DNA of 64,000 nucleotides from positions 39,179,335-39,243,334 of the forward strand of contig NC_057719.1 in assembly GCF_004010195.1 (NCBI RefSeq). Reading direction: 5' to 3'. Shown piece after piece: positions 12,156-24,990 of the stretch. How positions within the stretch are numbered: the stretch's first letter is position 1; the number at the start of each line of letters is the position of its first letter. The notes beneath the pieces are model-generated. The model was not told where the DNA came from, ran no database searches, and saw nothing but the letters and a program-made list of their open reading frames with translations. Both the position numbers and the translations under genes were made by a program. This DNA is from Chiloscyllium plagiosum (Eukaryota).

Positions 12156-13739
12156 GTTCTGAACTAAAATCTAAAGTCTGTTTATCCCCCACTTTAGAAC
12201 TGAAGCTTCCAAATACTGATAATACGTTGTGAGCTTTCATTGCAATGCAGTTGGTTCCCCCATCCAAGTCCTTGAGGTAGATTGTAAATGGTTGAGACTC
12301 CAGCATCAATCCTATTCCATTCCACCAATTTGCCAAAGCCCCCAGAACAAGATTTATTTAATCCCCACTCTCTGTTTCCTATTAACGAACAGGATTATGT
12401 GCTCTTATATGAAGCAATGTACTGCAAATGCTGGAGACTGCTGGGATGGTTCAGTGGGTCTGGCGGCGCGTATGGGTTGAGAGGTAGAGTTGGCATTTCG
12501 GGTCCACTGATCCTTCTTTACAACACTGGACGGAGGGTCACTGAACTTGAGATGTTGGCTCTGTTTCTCTCTCCACAGTTTCTGCCCAGCCTGCTAAGAT
12601 TCTCCAGCAGTTTCTGTTTTTGTTTCAATGTTTGTATGCTGACAGCAATCTCCGATGTGGAAGCTCACCTACTGGTGTTTGGAAATCCAAGTACGCCACT
12701 TCTGTCACTTCCCCCCTTGTCTACTTTGATTGGTATTTCATCAAAAACTCTAATAGATTACTGAAACTCATTGGGTCAAGAATTCATATTTTTCTTGCAT
12801 CTGATATATGACCATCAACACTTTTGATGTGTTATCAGCATCAAACCCTTTTCTAGCCTGTAATTAATATTGGCTAGTGTTGCGAAACATTGCTATTTGA
12901 GAAGCCTGTGTGATAGTCTTACAGCGATACGTGTGACAGCAATATCTCAAAGTGTTGAAGAGCACATAAAAGGTCAGCTTGTTTCTGTTTGGCAAGAGAG
13001 AACTGGTGGTGTCAATATCACATGTAAGATAGAGCAATGCTAGGGTTCAACATTGCCTGTGTCGTTGCATCATATAAACAAATGGGAATAACATCTCGGC
13101 AAAACTGTGATTCACATTGCAAAATGGCCTGAACTGGTCTCTGTCTGGCCTGAATTTATTAGTATTTGTTTTCAATGCAAGTTAAAGAAACCATCTTACT
13201 TTTCCTGTGTACCATTTGGCACTTAACCCTGCCATTCATTTCCAATCATTCGGGGGGTTTGCTCATGAAATGGTTAGTTTGGAGACTCATTCATGGAGAT
13301 TGATGCCATGATTGATCAGCACCAAGATGTTTAAAAAGTGAATTGGGGGCACATTGCTGTTTCCTCGTTTGCAATCCCTTCTACTGGCTGAAAATAATTG
13401 CGTGGAATTTATGTCTTGACTTTGAGAAGGATTTGTGTGTTGGGTAGCTGAAGGGGGTCAGTAAAGGCTTATGGTGGTAAATATGTCACAGAGCAAGGGC
13501 GCTGACCTGGCATTGCTCCGATGCCATGACTCCAGATCCAAGTGAGACTGTCCATCAAACTTCGATAGAAAATATTGGCCAGGATTTTTCTTGTGGTCTT
13601 TGGAGCCCTTCTCTCAGATGCGTGAGTGAAAGGTAAAAGTACACACTCTGAAGTATTTAATTTACAGAGACATACTCTGTAAGTTAACTTAACTAAAGTG
13701 TTTCAGTCTGCTGTGCCAAACTGCTCCAAAAGACAGGAT

Positions 13740-14022
13740 TTCCTGCAGCAAGTGGTAATCTGTGTTGACCATGGCTCTGTTAATTCCCCTTGTACCTGTG
13801 AGGCTCCAGGTTCACGTTTCACTCCTGTGATTGAGCTGGTCTGCAGTGCACTGGTGAGGGAGAGCTGCCCAGTTTCAGATACTGTCATCTGGAAAAATCA
13901 TTGAATCAAGGCCTCATCTGCTGGGTTGGTACAAAATACCTCTGCTGTTATTTTGAAGAAGAGCCAGGAACTTACCCTGGGTGCCCTGGCCAATATTTGT
14001 CCCTCAGTCAATATCACAAAAA
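13740..14022 (+). mobile_element. DeuSINE-like (SacSINE1/AmnSINE1-type) remnant
   Basis: gaagaagagccaggaacttaccctgggtgccctggccaatatttgtccctcagtcaatatcac resembles the Deu central domain as I recall it. Confidence 0.65.
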
Positions 14023-14028
14023 CGGATT

Positions 14029-14619
14029 GGGTGGCACAGTGGTTAGCACTGCTGCCTCTCAGCACCAGGGACCCAGGTTCAATCCCAGCCTCGGCCATCT
14101 GTGTGGGTTTGCTCCAGTTTCCCCCCACAATTCAAAGATGTGTACGTGGATTGACCGTGCTAAATTGCTCATAGTGTTCAGGGATGTGTAGGTTAGGTGC
14201 ACTAGTCTTGGGAAATTAGATTACTTACAGTGTGGAAATAGGCCCTTCGGCCCAACAAGTCCACACCGACCCGCCGAAGCGCAACCCACCCATACCCCTA
14301 CATGTACCCCTTTTTACCTAACACTACGGGCAATTTAGCATGGCCAATTCACCTGACCTGCACATCTTTGGACTGTGGGAGGAAACCGGAGCACCCGGAG
14401 GAAACCCACGCAGACACGGGGAGAATGTGCAAACTCCACACAGTCAGTCGCCTGATTCGGGAATTGAACCCGGGTCTCTGGCGCTGTGAGGCAGTAGTGC
14501 TAACCACTGTGCCACCGTGCCACCCACAAATGTAGGGGAATGGGTCTGGGTGGGTTATTCTTCAGAGGGTTGGTGTGGACTTGTTGGGCCGAGGGGCCTA
14601 TTTCCACACTGTAGGATTC
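14029..14619 (+). mobile_element. tRNA-derived HE1/V-SINE-like element (outer copy)
   Basis: A box ggtggcacagtggttagc, B box ggttcaatccc, 3' tail gggccgaggggcctatttccacactgtagg; split by an inner copy. Confidence 0.85.
14216..14527 (-). mobile_element. HE1/V-SINE-like element (young inner copy, antisense)
   Basis: Full head to tail on the minus strand ending gtaagtaatctaa; very similar to 57119-57435. Confidence 0.9.
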
Positions 14620-14795
14620 AGTGTCTACAACATTCCAATGTATATTTGCAGTAAATGAGATAAATTGTATCCCAGCACAACATGGCATCCAGTTAATTTT
14701 CTGTTTTTTTTTTGGTGATATAGTGATCAATATCCCTTATTTTTTACAATATTTGTACAAATGGCATACATTGTGTATATATTACATGATAACAT

Positions 14796-15486
14796 GGGTG
14801 GAATTTAATCAGGTGACAAGAGATGTGAAAGATGTGTCATCTCTTTGTGGGAGGGTCGTAGCATTAAGGGCGAATCCACCTCATCAGGGGTTATCTTTCT
14901 CTGACATCAAGATCCCTGGGGAGTGGAGAGGTGGAGTGGAATTCCTTCCTGCTGGGAACTGCCAGCACCTCATAATTGTCATGCGGTGCACTGCCAGCTA
15001 GGCAATGGCTGCTTTGTAATACAGTCACCCAAGAGTCCAAGCCACAGGTGACTGATGGTATAAGGAGATTGATGAGTGGGATTACATGCGTGAGGAAACC
15101 CAGGATTGGCAGCAAGGCCAAGTGTTGACTTTCCAGCATTCCTGCCCCTAGTCTTTCCTAATGGCAGATTTCTTGATCAGCCTCCGAGTGCTTTGACTGA
15201 AGGATCACCCTATTCCCACTCCCTGGGGAGCTCATAAGGAACTCTGATGGGGTTTACTTTTTGAACTTGCTGCATCAAGCGATTGAATACCAGCAGCAGA
15301 GAGATGAGCTCTTTAATTGGGCATTAACATCCCATTCAAGAGCCTCAATTTGAAGTAGGATAGCAGATCTGTCAATGAGAATTCAGGGAGAGATGGGAGA
15401 TGGTGGTGAGCACAACACTGCCACCATTGCACTTGAATAAATGACCCCCTCACCCGGAAATACAAAAAGGCCTTTAAATTCTGCCC
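14796..15486. mobile_element. Possible old non-autonomous DNA transposon (MITE-like)
   Basis: Imperfect 12-bp terminal inverted repeats gggtggaattta / taaattctgccc; no ORF. Confidence 0.4.
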
Positions 15487-15639
15487 TGTATGTATGCTGT
15501 TGATGCTTCTACAATAGTGTATGCTGTATCATGATGAAAAATGAGAATTGAAGATTGATTTAATTTTAATGTTAATTTAATTAATTGCATTTATCACACA
15601 TCAGATTTGTGAAACTTCCTCTTTTTTGATATTGCTTAG

Positions 15640-15751
15640 CATAATGATTGCTGTTATACCATCTGAAGATACACGTCAGCAACTGTTGAACACATTGCTC
15701 CCAGAAAAGATAATCAACCATTTGAAAAATGAATACTTTTCTGTTTTACGG
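15640..15751 (+). CDS. TNFAIP2: TNFAIP2-like coding exon B
   Basis: ttgcttag|C ... CGG|gtaaat; (D)IMIAVIPSEDTRQQLLNTLLPEKIINHLKNEYFSVLR; 112 nt, phase-compatible. Confidence 0.85.
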
Positions 15752-15947
15752 GTAAATGTTTAATACTTTTTTACATATTTTGAAATAAGTTCAAAAATAT
15801 TGTACATACAGTAACACCACGATGAATGTTGATCCATTTATCACAAGTATGTTTTGCTACAATATTTTGCAGGTAACTTTTGTACACACTAAATACTTTA
15901 TAGACAATGTTTTTGCATTATTTAATTGTTCTATTTTTAAATTTTAG

Positions 15948-16070
15948 TCAGATGCTAGAATGTGTATGATTAAAAGCCTGCATATTGAAGAAGAGAACTG
16001 GAGAAGTGGAAAAGAGCCTTTGGTACTAAATGATTGTTACCACAGCGAATTACCGATTGATATAATTCAG
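15948..16070 (+). CDS. TNFAIP2: TNFAIP2-like coding exon C
   Basis: attttag|TCA ... CAG|gtacct; SDARMCMIKSLHIEEENWRSGKEPLVLNDCYHSELPIDIIQ; 123 nt. Confidence 0.92.
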
Positions 16071-16154
16071 GTACCTACATCAGAACTCATTTTCAAAACA
16101 AGATATAACTAATTCCTTCGACATTTATTGTTGCAACGTGCCCTAAGCAGTACA

Positions 16155-17660
16155 TAGAACATAGAACATTACAGCACAGTACAGGCCCTTTGGCCCTCCA
16201 TGTTACACTGACCTGTAAAACCAATCTAAAGCCCATCTAATCTACACTAGTCCATTATCAGCCATATGTTTATCCAATGACCATTTAAATGCACTTAATG
16301 TTGGTGAGTCCAATATTGTAGCAGGCAGGGCATTCTGTGCCCTTACTACAATCTGACTCTGTCCTATATCTATCACCCCTCAATTTAAAGCTATGTACCC
16401 TTGTGCTAACCATCACCATCCGGGGGAAAAAGGCTTTCACTGTTCACCCTATCTAATCCTCTGATCATCTTGTATGCCTCTATTGAGTCAGCTGTCAATC
16501 TTAATCTCTCTAACGAAAACAGCTTCAAGTCCCTTAGCCTTTCTGCATAAGACCTTCCCTCCATACCAGACAACATACTGGTAATTCTCCTCTGCACGCT
16601 TTCCGATGTTTCCACATCCCTCCTATAATGCGACGACCAGAACTGTGCACAATACCCCAAGTGAGGCAGCAACGGAGTCTTGTACAGCTGCAGCATACCT
16701 CATGGCTCTGAAACTCAATCCCACTACCAGTAAAACATTACTCACTCTATGTATTCTTAAAAACCCAATGTGCCTGGGTGGCAACTTTCAGAGATCTATG
16801 TACCTGGACACCGAGATCTCTGCTCATCCACACTAATCTTACCATTAGCCCAGTACCCAGTATTCCTATTGCTCCTTCCAAAGTGAATCACCTCACACTT
16901 TTCCACATTAAACTCCACTTGCCACCTCTCAACCCAGCTCTCCAGCTTCTCTATGTCCCTCTGTAACCTGCATTGTCCATGACTCCACCGACTTTAGATT
17001 AGATTCCTTACAGTGTGGAAACAGGCCCTTCAACCCAACCAGTCCACACCGACCTCCGAAGAGTAACCCACCCAGCCCATTTCCCTCTGACTAATACGCC
17101 TCTGGCTAAATTGTAACTCTCAAGTGCCCTAACTGAGCCTTCACGTCTCATCTTTACATAAGCCTCCTTCTTCCTCTTGACAAGAGATTCAACTTCTTTA
17201 GTAAATCACGGCTCCCTCGCTTGACCACTTCCTCCCTGTCTGACAGGTACAACCTTACCAAGGACTTGCAGCAGCTGTTCCTTGAATAAGTTCCATATTT
17301 CAAATGTGCCCATCCCCTGCAATTTCCTTCCCCATCCTATGCATCCTAAATCTTGCCTATTTGCAACATAATTGCCTTTCCCCCAGTTATAACTCATGCC
17401 CTGTGGTATAGACTATCTCTTTCCATTGCTAAAGTAAATGTAACCGAGTTGTGGTCACTATCACCAAAGTGCTCACCTACTGCCAAATCTAACACTGGCC
17501 TGGTTCATTACCCAGTACCAAGTCCAGTGTGGCCTCGCCTCTTGTTAGTGATCTACATACTGTGTCAAGAAACCCTCCTGCATACATTGGACAAAAATTG
17601 ACCCATGTAAAGTACTCGACCTATAACATTTCCAGTCAATAGTTGGAAAGTTAAAATACA
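16155..17660 (-). mobile_element. CR1-clade LINE fragment(s) with a SINE tail fragment at about 16995-17100
   Basis: MLQLYKTPLLPHLGYCAQFWS...LFSLERLRL; upstream NWGKGNY segment; (atagaac)n-type tail at 16154-16168. Confidence 0.88.
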
Positions 17661-18342
17661 GCCTGGAAAGGGCAGCAGAAGACATTTAGATGATTTATAA
17701 AATACAATGGAGTTTCCAAATGAGCCATTATCTATCAGATTGGGTTACATCAAATCCAAACAATTGTGTGCATGAATTTCTTTGCATTTGACCGTCTGTA
17801 ATATTTTACACTGGCTTGTAAACCCATCACACATATACATGATCATAAATTCTCTTCCTATTAAAAACGATCTGTAAATAATTAAAATAGACATCTTAGA
17901 ATTGCTTACTTTGCTATTATTGTGGAATTGGATAGAAATTTCCAGCCTTCTGGAGAACAGGGGGTGTCTTCGCACTGAGGCACTCTATACCCAAATGAAC
18001 AACTCAGTATCAGGAACATGCAGGATGGGCCCGAGAAACTGTGCCCTGCTGCTTGATGTGTGTTAATTTCTAGCAGCAGTCAGTTTTTGAAGCCTGTTAC
18101 CAATTGACTACATGCATCCCAAATTGGTTAGGCCATCAGCTGCCCCAGCTTTGTAGTAATGGGATTTTAAAGACACATCCCAGTAACTTGATAGTTACCT
18201 CCCAATTGTCCAAATGTTCCAATACGTCACCTTTCCTTTCACACGGACACAATGTCTCCCCTCTTCTTCTGAGTTCCCTCCCTATCTCTCTCATGTTGCT
18301 TACAGACAGCAAACCCGGAGAAACCCTGCAAATTAGAATGCT

Positions 18343-18783
18343 GGATAAAAGCAAATTACTGCGGATGCTGGAATCTGAAACCAAAAGAGGAAATGCTGGA
18401 AAATCTCAGCAGGTCTGGCAGCATCTGTAAGGAGAGAAAAGAGCTGACATTTTGAGTCTAACTGACCCATTGTCAAAGCTAAAAAAAAAGGGAGAAATAG
18501 GGAGGTATTTATACTAAACTGAGAGAAGGTGAGTCATGGCTCCAGAAGCAAAGGTAGCAATAAAGAGGTGATAATGACAGTGCGTAGAGAGATTATAGGG
18601 AGATTGGGAGCTGGGAATGACCAAGGCTATGTGACAAAATATGGGGGGAATGGGGGGATGGGTGAAGCAGAGGCAAAATGGAAAACAGGGGAGAAGGGTA
18701 GCAAAAGGGAAAGAGGAGAGGACAAAGGTGATGAGAGAGTGGGGAGCGACAGAAAGACAATCAAAAAACAAGAGGAATTAAAG
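18343..18783 (-). mobile_element. PLE terminal-repeat insertion with 13-bp TSD
   Basis: TSD aaattagaatgct (18330-18342) / aaattaaaatgct (18784-18796); contains the gctggaaaatctcagcaggtctggcagcatctg family motif. Confidence 0.7.
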
Positions 18784-20011
18784 AAATTAAAATGCTACCC
18801 ACTCGCCAAACATTAAGTGGCTGATGCACCCACAAAATTCCTTCCCCTGAGCATCCAGTGCCAGGAGGCAGTCAGCCTCTAGTTACAGGTGAAGATTGCC
18901 ACTAGGTTTGCAGTCAAAGAGATAGTCCTTCTGTGGTGGGAGAACTGACACCAGGCCAAAAATAAAAGGCAGTTCAGGGAGGAAGAGGTTGACGACTGGG
19001 GGAGTTGGGCAGGGAGAGTAGTGGATGGCAATGTTGCCCCACCAATATGAACAGGAAGCCCTACGATTGATGTGATTTCCTTCCCACCCTCCAACCCCTC
19101 CCACCATATCTATCCCCTCCCATCTTTTCAAAGAATCACTTGCAAAAGTTTCTTTTGCACTCTGGCCCACCTGCCACTGCCCAAAGTTTTAATTTATTTT
19201 TGAAATATAAAATATTTTTTAATGGACAAAAGTAAGTGTGTCAAGGGGACCAAAAGTATGATGGAGGTCTAATGTTCAAGTTTTCTCCTTTCTGCAGAGA
19301 TTTTCTGGACTGGTAAATGTCCGCTCAGCCTAATTGTTTCTCTTGCTGTTCTTCCAGGACACTTCAAATATGCTCAGTTTCTTGGGTATGTTGTAAATGG
19401 CTATCAACATGACATCATGTGCAATCTTGTTTTTTATAGCAACTTCCAGGTTCTTCCTCAATATCTGCTGTTGGGCTACTTGAGTTGTCTTTGGAGCAAT
19501 TATTCCCCTTGTCTTCCAGGGCCCTGTTCACTGTTTTATGGCAGTAGTGATAATTGATGACTCTTAGTTCTAATTACTTTGGGCAATTAAGGGCCTCAGA
19601 AGGCTTAAGGCTAAATGGCCTAGCATTACCCACTCACCATGTTATGGGAACATCTGGATGAAGAGAGGGTCGGCTCACTATTTGACATATTTTACATGAA
19701 AACATGACTAATGGGGATTCGTACAATTCAACACCATTTTTCCTTCATTTAACAACAGCAGTTTTCAAAACAAAATTGTAGAATTACAGGGTGATAAGCA
19801 TTTCCAAGCTATTGCTTTGGTATAAATTTCACCTTGATCCCATTTATATTTATCCACACCTAAATTTTATTACCTTTCTAGTTTAAAGTTGTCTGTTTAA
19901 GTTTCATCAAACTGTGGTAATTTTACAACATTGATTTATTCATTCTAAAGGTCTAAAGCCTTTGCTACCTTTCTCCTATCAGTATGCTAAGATTTTCCTT
20001 TTAATTGTCAG

Positions 20012-20112
20012 ATAATTGATGGAGCAGTTAAAGACGCCAGAACACTCACTTGTGAACTGGGTGATCAAGCACTAAATATTATGCTGGAGGAAACAAATTA
20101 CTTCTTGAAAAG
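20012..20112 (+). CDS. TNFAIP2: TNFAIP2-like coding exon D
   Basis: ttgtcag|ATA ... AG|gtacag; IIDGAVKDARTLTCELGDQALNIMLEETNYFLK(S); 101 nt. Confidence 0.88.
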
Positions 20113-20419
20113 GTACAGTAAACCCTGTGAAATTAGATAATATTATAGATTAAACTATGACTCCGAATGAATCCTGAAATCCTAGATGGCTTTATTGAAT
20201 GAAGAGTTATTCTTCATGTCAATATTTCTAGGCCAGAATTTATTCATATACTTTATGTAGGGTGTGAAACAGCAAATATTTATCATGCATTAGGGTGTAT
20301 TGATTTCAGTTTGGTGTGTGTGATCACCCCTCAGAATTCTAGCTCATGGCAATTAACTGCATGTGCAGTCTTTTAATATGGGATGGTTGTTGCACTATAG
20401 CTGCCATATGGTACCATAT

Positions 20420-20541
20420 TAAGGGCTTATGCGCGAAACGTCGATTCTGCTGCTCCTCGGATGCTGCCTGACCTTCTGTGCATATCCAACACCACACTCT
20501 TCAACTCTAACCTCCAGCATCTGCAGTCCTCACTTTCTCCT
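20420..20541 (+). mobile_element. Short PLE terminal-repeat fragment truncated inside the hammerhead motif
   Basis: aagggcttatgcgcgaaacgtcgattc...ctgcagtcctcactttctcc, same family as 8440-8559. Confidence 0.75.
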
Positions 20542-21029
20542 ATATGGTTCTACAAGTCTGACCAGGAAAATCTACTACTCTTACTAACTGCCAGAGATAT
20601 TTAGAAGACTTCACAGATTGATAATCAAGTAGATAGTATGTCAAGCTCTAAATTTGTAAGTTCTGGGAGCCACACTTTAGAAATACTGTAATATGAATGC
20701 ATTGGAGACAAAGCAGATAAGGCATATGAGAATGGTTTCAGGGATGAAAAGCTTCAGTTATGAAATAGAAACTGTTGGGACTTTTTTCCTTGGAGAAAGG
20801 AAGGCTAAGATTAATGTTTTCAAGATCATGTCTGTGCAAGGTATATAGGGAGAAACCGTTCTCACTTGTACAAAGATCCAGATTTAACGTGTTTTTACGA
20901 AAGGAGCAAGTATACTGTGAGAAAAAGCTTTCACAAAGTGAGTGTTTAGGTTCAAAAATGCACTACCTGATAATGTTGTGAGGATCGCTTAATTGAAGCT
21001 TTCAAGAGGACATTGGATTTTTTAAAAAT

Positions 21030-21245
21030 TCACTCATGATGCAGGCGTCATGGCTAGGCCAGCATTTATTGTCCACTTCTAAATGTCCAGATGACAGTTA
21101 AGAGTCAATCACATTATTCTAAGTCTGGAGTCACATCTCAGCCTGACTGGGTAAGGATGGCTGTTAACTCCCCTGAAGGGTATTAGTGAACTAGATGGGT
21201 TTTTCTGGCAATTGACAATAATTTCATGGTCATCATTGGACTCTT
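21030..21245. repeat. Interspersed repeat, unclassified; second copy at about 43525-43755
   Basis: Both loci share ggc.aggccag...ttg.cca...ctaa.tgtcc...cagtt...agt.aa.cacat...ctg.a.t.acat...gtaagga...cccctgaagg. Confidence 0.6.
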
Positions 21246-23490
21246 TATAATCAATACCCACTACTTTGTTGAAGTCTCCAGCTAAGGGCTTAATTTCTAT
21301 TGTCTGTCATGGTCTCCTTTGATAAATATTTTTAAGTGTCTGACATCAATCACTTCTCTCTACTCAGGGCTATTTTATATCCCTTCCCTCTTCCTGCGCC
21401 CTCTACTAAAATTTTAAATGTTTTAATGGACAAATTGGTAAATTACCTATATAATTTTTTCTCCTAAATTTCGGCCACTGATGTCACTAGTACTTCTTTG
21501 ATATTTTTAATGGAGAGATAATGTTCCATTAAGGGAAAACAACAGTGCCCAGATTGTGTAGGGTTGTGTTTCCTGAAACCCTAGTAGGTTCATATTGTGC
21601 TTGTGGAAAGTTCTGCACATGCAGTTTGTGAAACACTGTGCCAGTAAAAGACATGTCAGCTCTCACAATAAATGTGAACAAAGAGGATAGAATGATGTCA
21701 CTAGCAATACTGGCAATGGTACTGCACGATCACATTTTGCACGTGTGCACTGACAGCATTTTCAGGGTCGAAGCAGACTTTCTTACTGTGTAAATCGCAT
21801 TTTAATGGATTTTCCAAATACAATGGCTTCGTTGTTTTCCATATGAAGTTTTATCAGTGCTTTCTTCACAAATAATCTACTTAATGACAACACTACATCT
21901 GTGCTAAAAAAAAGATTGATTCCAACTACTTCACAAGGAACGAATGCTGTTTTGCGAGATGTTAATGTGTTATCAAGCCCAAATCAGAAACTAATGGAAC
22001 TTTCAAATTCCTTACATTTGTCCTGTCCAGTGTTGCCTCTAATTTTACAAATGAGATTTCTGCGATGCATACAATCTACTGAATTCCATTATTTACTCTT
22101 CCATGGTGCTGTCCTCCATTTTTCTAAAATTATCAAAATCTGACCACACCCCATAAACAGTCAATAAATTAACCCTTTAACAATTTTTTTCATGCAAGTT
22201 AACAGTATTATTTAATTTCTGTTTTGATTGCTTCAAACCTGTCCAAATTGTCACCTGTATTCAAATTGTTAGGCTGTAATTCAGCTAGATGCATTTGTAT
22301 GTGCAAGAACTTTTGCAAACAAATCACGGCTCCTTTCCCATTTTCACTGTACACTCTCTCAGAGTCCTGTAGAAACTCAATTTTGAGAAAGGTGATGGTT
22401 CTAAACTTTTACTTTCATTCTTTTACCTCTTACCATCTCCTTTAGAGTATACTTTTCCCACATCTCTGCTGTCATTTCTCTCCTTCAAACTCTCTGTGTG
22501 ACTCTCAGCCCTTTCATTATCTCCTCTTGATATTACTGCACTTCTCATGATCTCACTCCCCATACCCAGCTTCATCCTTACACCACTGCTTATTATGTTT
22601 ACTTGCTTGCTTTCTCTCCTGATTATCTCAGTATGTTCCCCACCCTTAATATGCAGCTTCCATTCTTTGCTGCCCCCTTACCCCATCACTGTGACTCTCT
22701 GCTCCCTCCTAAGGATATTTACACTGACTCCAACAACCATTAAGTTCCATTCCTTGCTATTCTTTTCCATCAGCTTACTTTCTGTAAACCTTTGCAGTTG
22801 AGTCTCTTTTGAAGTACAGTAGCCTTTTCATTTCAGACCTCCTTACAGTTGCATTCTGCTTTCCCGCCCTTGTCATTTTGCTGGTATCAGCCAATGTGGC
22901 TGCATTATTTGGGCAAGCTAATGAGCCCAGTTACCCTCCACCTATTACACTGTAAACAATTAGCTATAACAAACAAGACCGCATATGACAGATTTCTCAT
23001 AAGCTGCTCAACCTGGTGAGGCCTCACCCCTTACATGTTAAGTATTTAGAATTCCCAGCAGGACTACATATGACCAACATTCCCTCTCAGGTGCATGGCC
23101 ATGCAGTTGTGTAGACCTCAGAGGTCTGTGCAAGAGCAGGAAATATCCAATGGAATGTAGTGAAAGGTTGAGACTCCTTAGGAGCTGGTTGATCCAGTAA
23201 GTGGCTGGGAGGAGTCAGCGTCACCTAGAGGAGCAGGTGAGGAAAATAACAGGTGAGTACCTGCAAAGTTGAGATCCCTGTGGATAGGACATTTAGCAAA
23301 GTGGTCACATTGTAGATTAGGACCAGACAGTGTAGAAAGACCAGGCACGCAGCACAGTACATCTCACTCACTAATCAGTTTTCCATTTTAAATACTGGTG
23401 AGGGTGATGGTTTATCAGAGGGATGTTGTGAAAGCCAGGCTTGTGGCACTGCAAGTAGTTCAGCTCAGGAGAATGAAATGTGGATGGGTA

Positions 23491-23735
23491 AAGGGCTCTT
23501 GTGATACAATGGTAGTGTGTCTACCTCTAGATCTAGTGGCCTGGGTTCATGTCCCACCTCCTCCAGAGGTGAGGAGTAACAACTGTGAGCGGTAATTAGA
23601 AAACATCAATTTTGAGGGCTCTTGCAGCACAGTGGTAGCTTCCCTACCTCTGGACCAGGAGATCTGGGCTCAAATCCCACCTCCTTCAGAAGTGTTTAAT
23701 AATATCTCTGAATTGGTTGATGATAAAAAATACAA
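23491..23735 (+). mobile_element. Tandem pair of short tRNA-like SINE heads
   Basis: Two units of about 120 bp starting agggctcttg...tggtag...ctacctct...ctggg.tca..tcccacctcct.caga; related fragments at about 28890 and 55185. Confidence 0.6.
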
Positions 23736-24779
23736 ATCACTTTCATCTGGTCGAAAGGGATACCTGAACCATAATAGGGAACAATACCCCACCACCAACA
23801 TCATGGGGTTTATTTTTGATTAGAAATTGGATTGTGCCCAATAAAAAAAAACGGCTACAAAAGCAGGTCAGATGCTAGGAATCTTGTGTAGCTCACCTCC
23901 TGGCTCCCTGATACCTCTCCACTGTCTCAGTATCCCAGTCCTGCTTTCTCTCCCTATACTCCTTGATCCTTTTAGCCCCAAGGACCCCATCCAGCTCCTT
24001 CTTGGATATATCTAATAAACTGGCCCTCAACAGCTTCATGTTGGGGAGACTTCCACAGGTTCACAACTCCCTCAGGGAAAAAAATTCTTCCTCATCATAG
24101 TCCTGAATGGCTTGATTTATAGTTGTAAAACATTAGGTACTTTGTTTAGCATTGACTGTAAATTATTTTCTTCCCTTTGCACCAAAACTTTCTTTTCAGT
24201 ATTCTGACCAAAGCAATGGAGTTGCACAGACCTTTAAGAGGTCTCTGCTTCTGTGGCTCAAACTTCATTTTCAAGGGGCATTTGTCCATAACTGAGATAT
24301 AGAGGGGCTATATTATGCTGATTGACTCCTGAAATCCAACATTCTAGCTTAAGTTCTCACTTTTTAGAGACTATATCCTACTTGAGGACAGCAGAGAGCA
24401 AGAGCACAGTTGTTTATGATTCATATGTGAATGCCTAGAGTGATCCCATGTTCCCAGGGTCTGGAGGACTACCTTTTGGGAATCCCCTGCAGCCATCCTT
24501 GGATTGACCTGGTGGGGATGTTTAGGTTCCTGGCAGAGGGGAAGTGTTGCAGCAGGCACTACTGGATATCATGAGATGGTGACAATCCTTGAGTGACTGC
24601 CTGTGGTTCTTCATTCCTATTGGTGCAATTTGTTTGTGTTGTGAGCTACCAACCTTACCCAAGGGTTTTATTGAGACTTTGCTGGATGATGTGCAGCGGG
24701 GAATAGTGGATTTGAGGCTTTCTCACGAGATGGCCACAGATATCCAATCCCCTGATCCCTTCCCCTTGCTGTCCTGCTG

Positions 24780-24990
24780 GCTCAGCAGCCTTCTGCTTAA
24801 AGGCTTGAGGAGCCTTATATCTGGAAACCACCTCCACAGCCGTATCTGCCCAGGTTGCCCTCAATAGCCGGGCTGGCCTGCTGTATAGTCATCGATAGGG
24901 AAGAGCAATTTGTTTCTCTCCTGGACAGGCTTTGGGAGAATACCAAGTGCTACGTTTTGCCTAGTGTCAGCCACTGCCAGAGGTGGGTGG
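24780..24990 (-). pseudogene. Harbinger/PIF-type Myb/SANT-like DNA-binding ORF remnant
   Basis: NVALGILPKPVQERNKLLFPIDD / (frameshift) LRATWADTAVEV resembles the L..LL..V..RR..LFP...AW..IA.EV pattern of Harbinger Myb-like proteins. Confidence 0.45.

Noticed and set aside
14030..14100. tRNA-like A/B boxes here and at other SINE heads
   Set aside because: They continue into SINE bodies and lack a full cloverleaf, so they are not tRNA genes.
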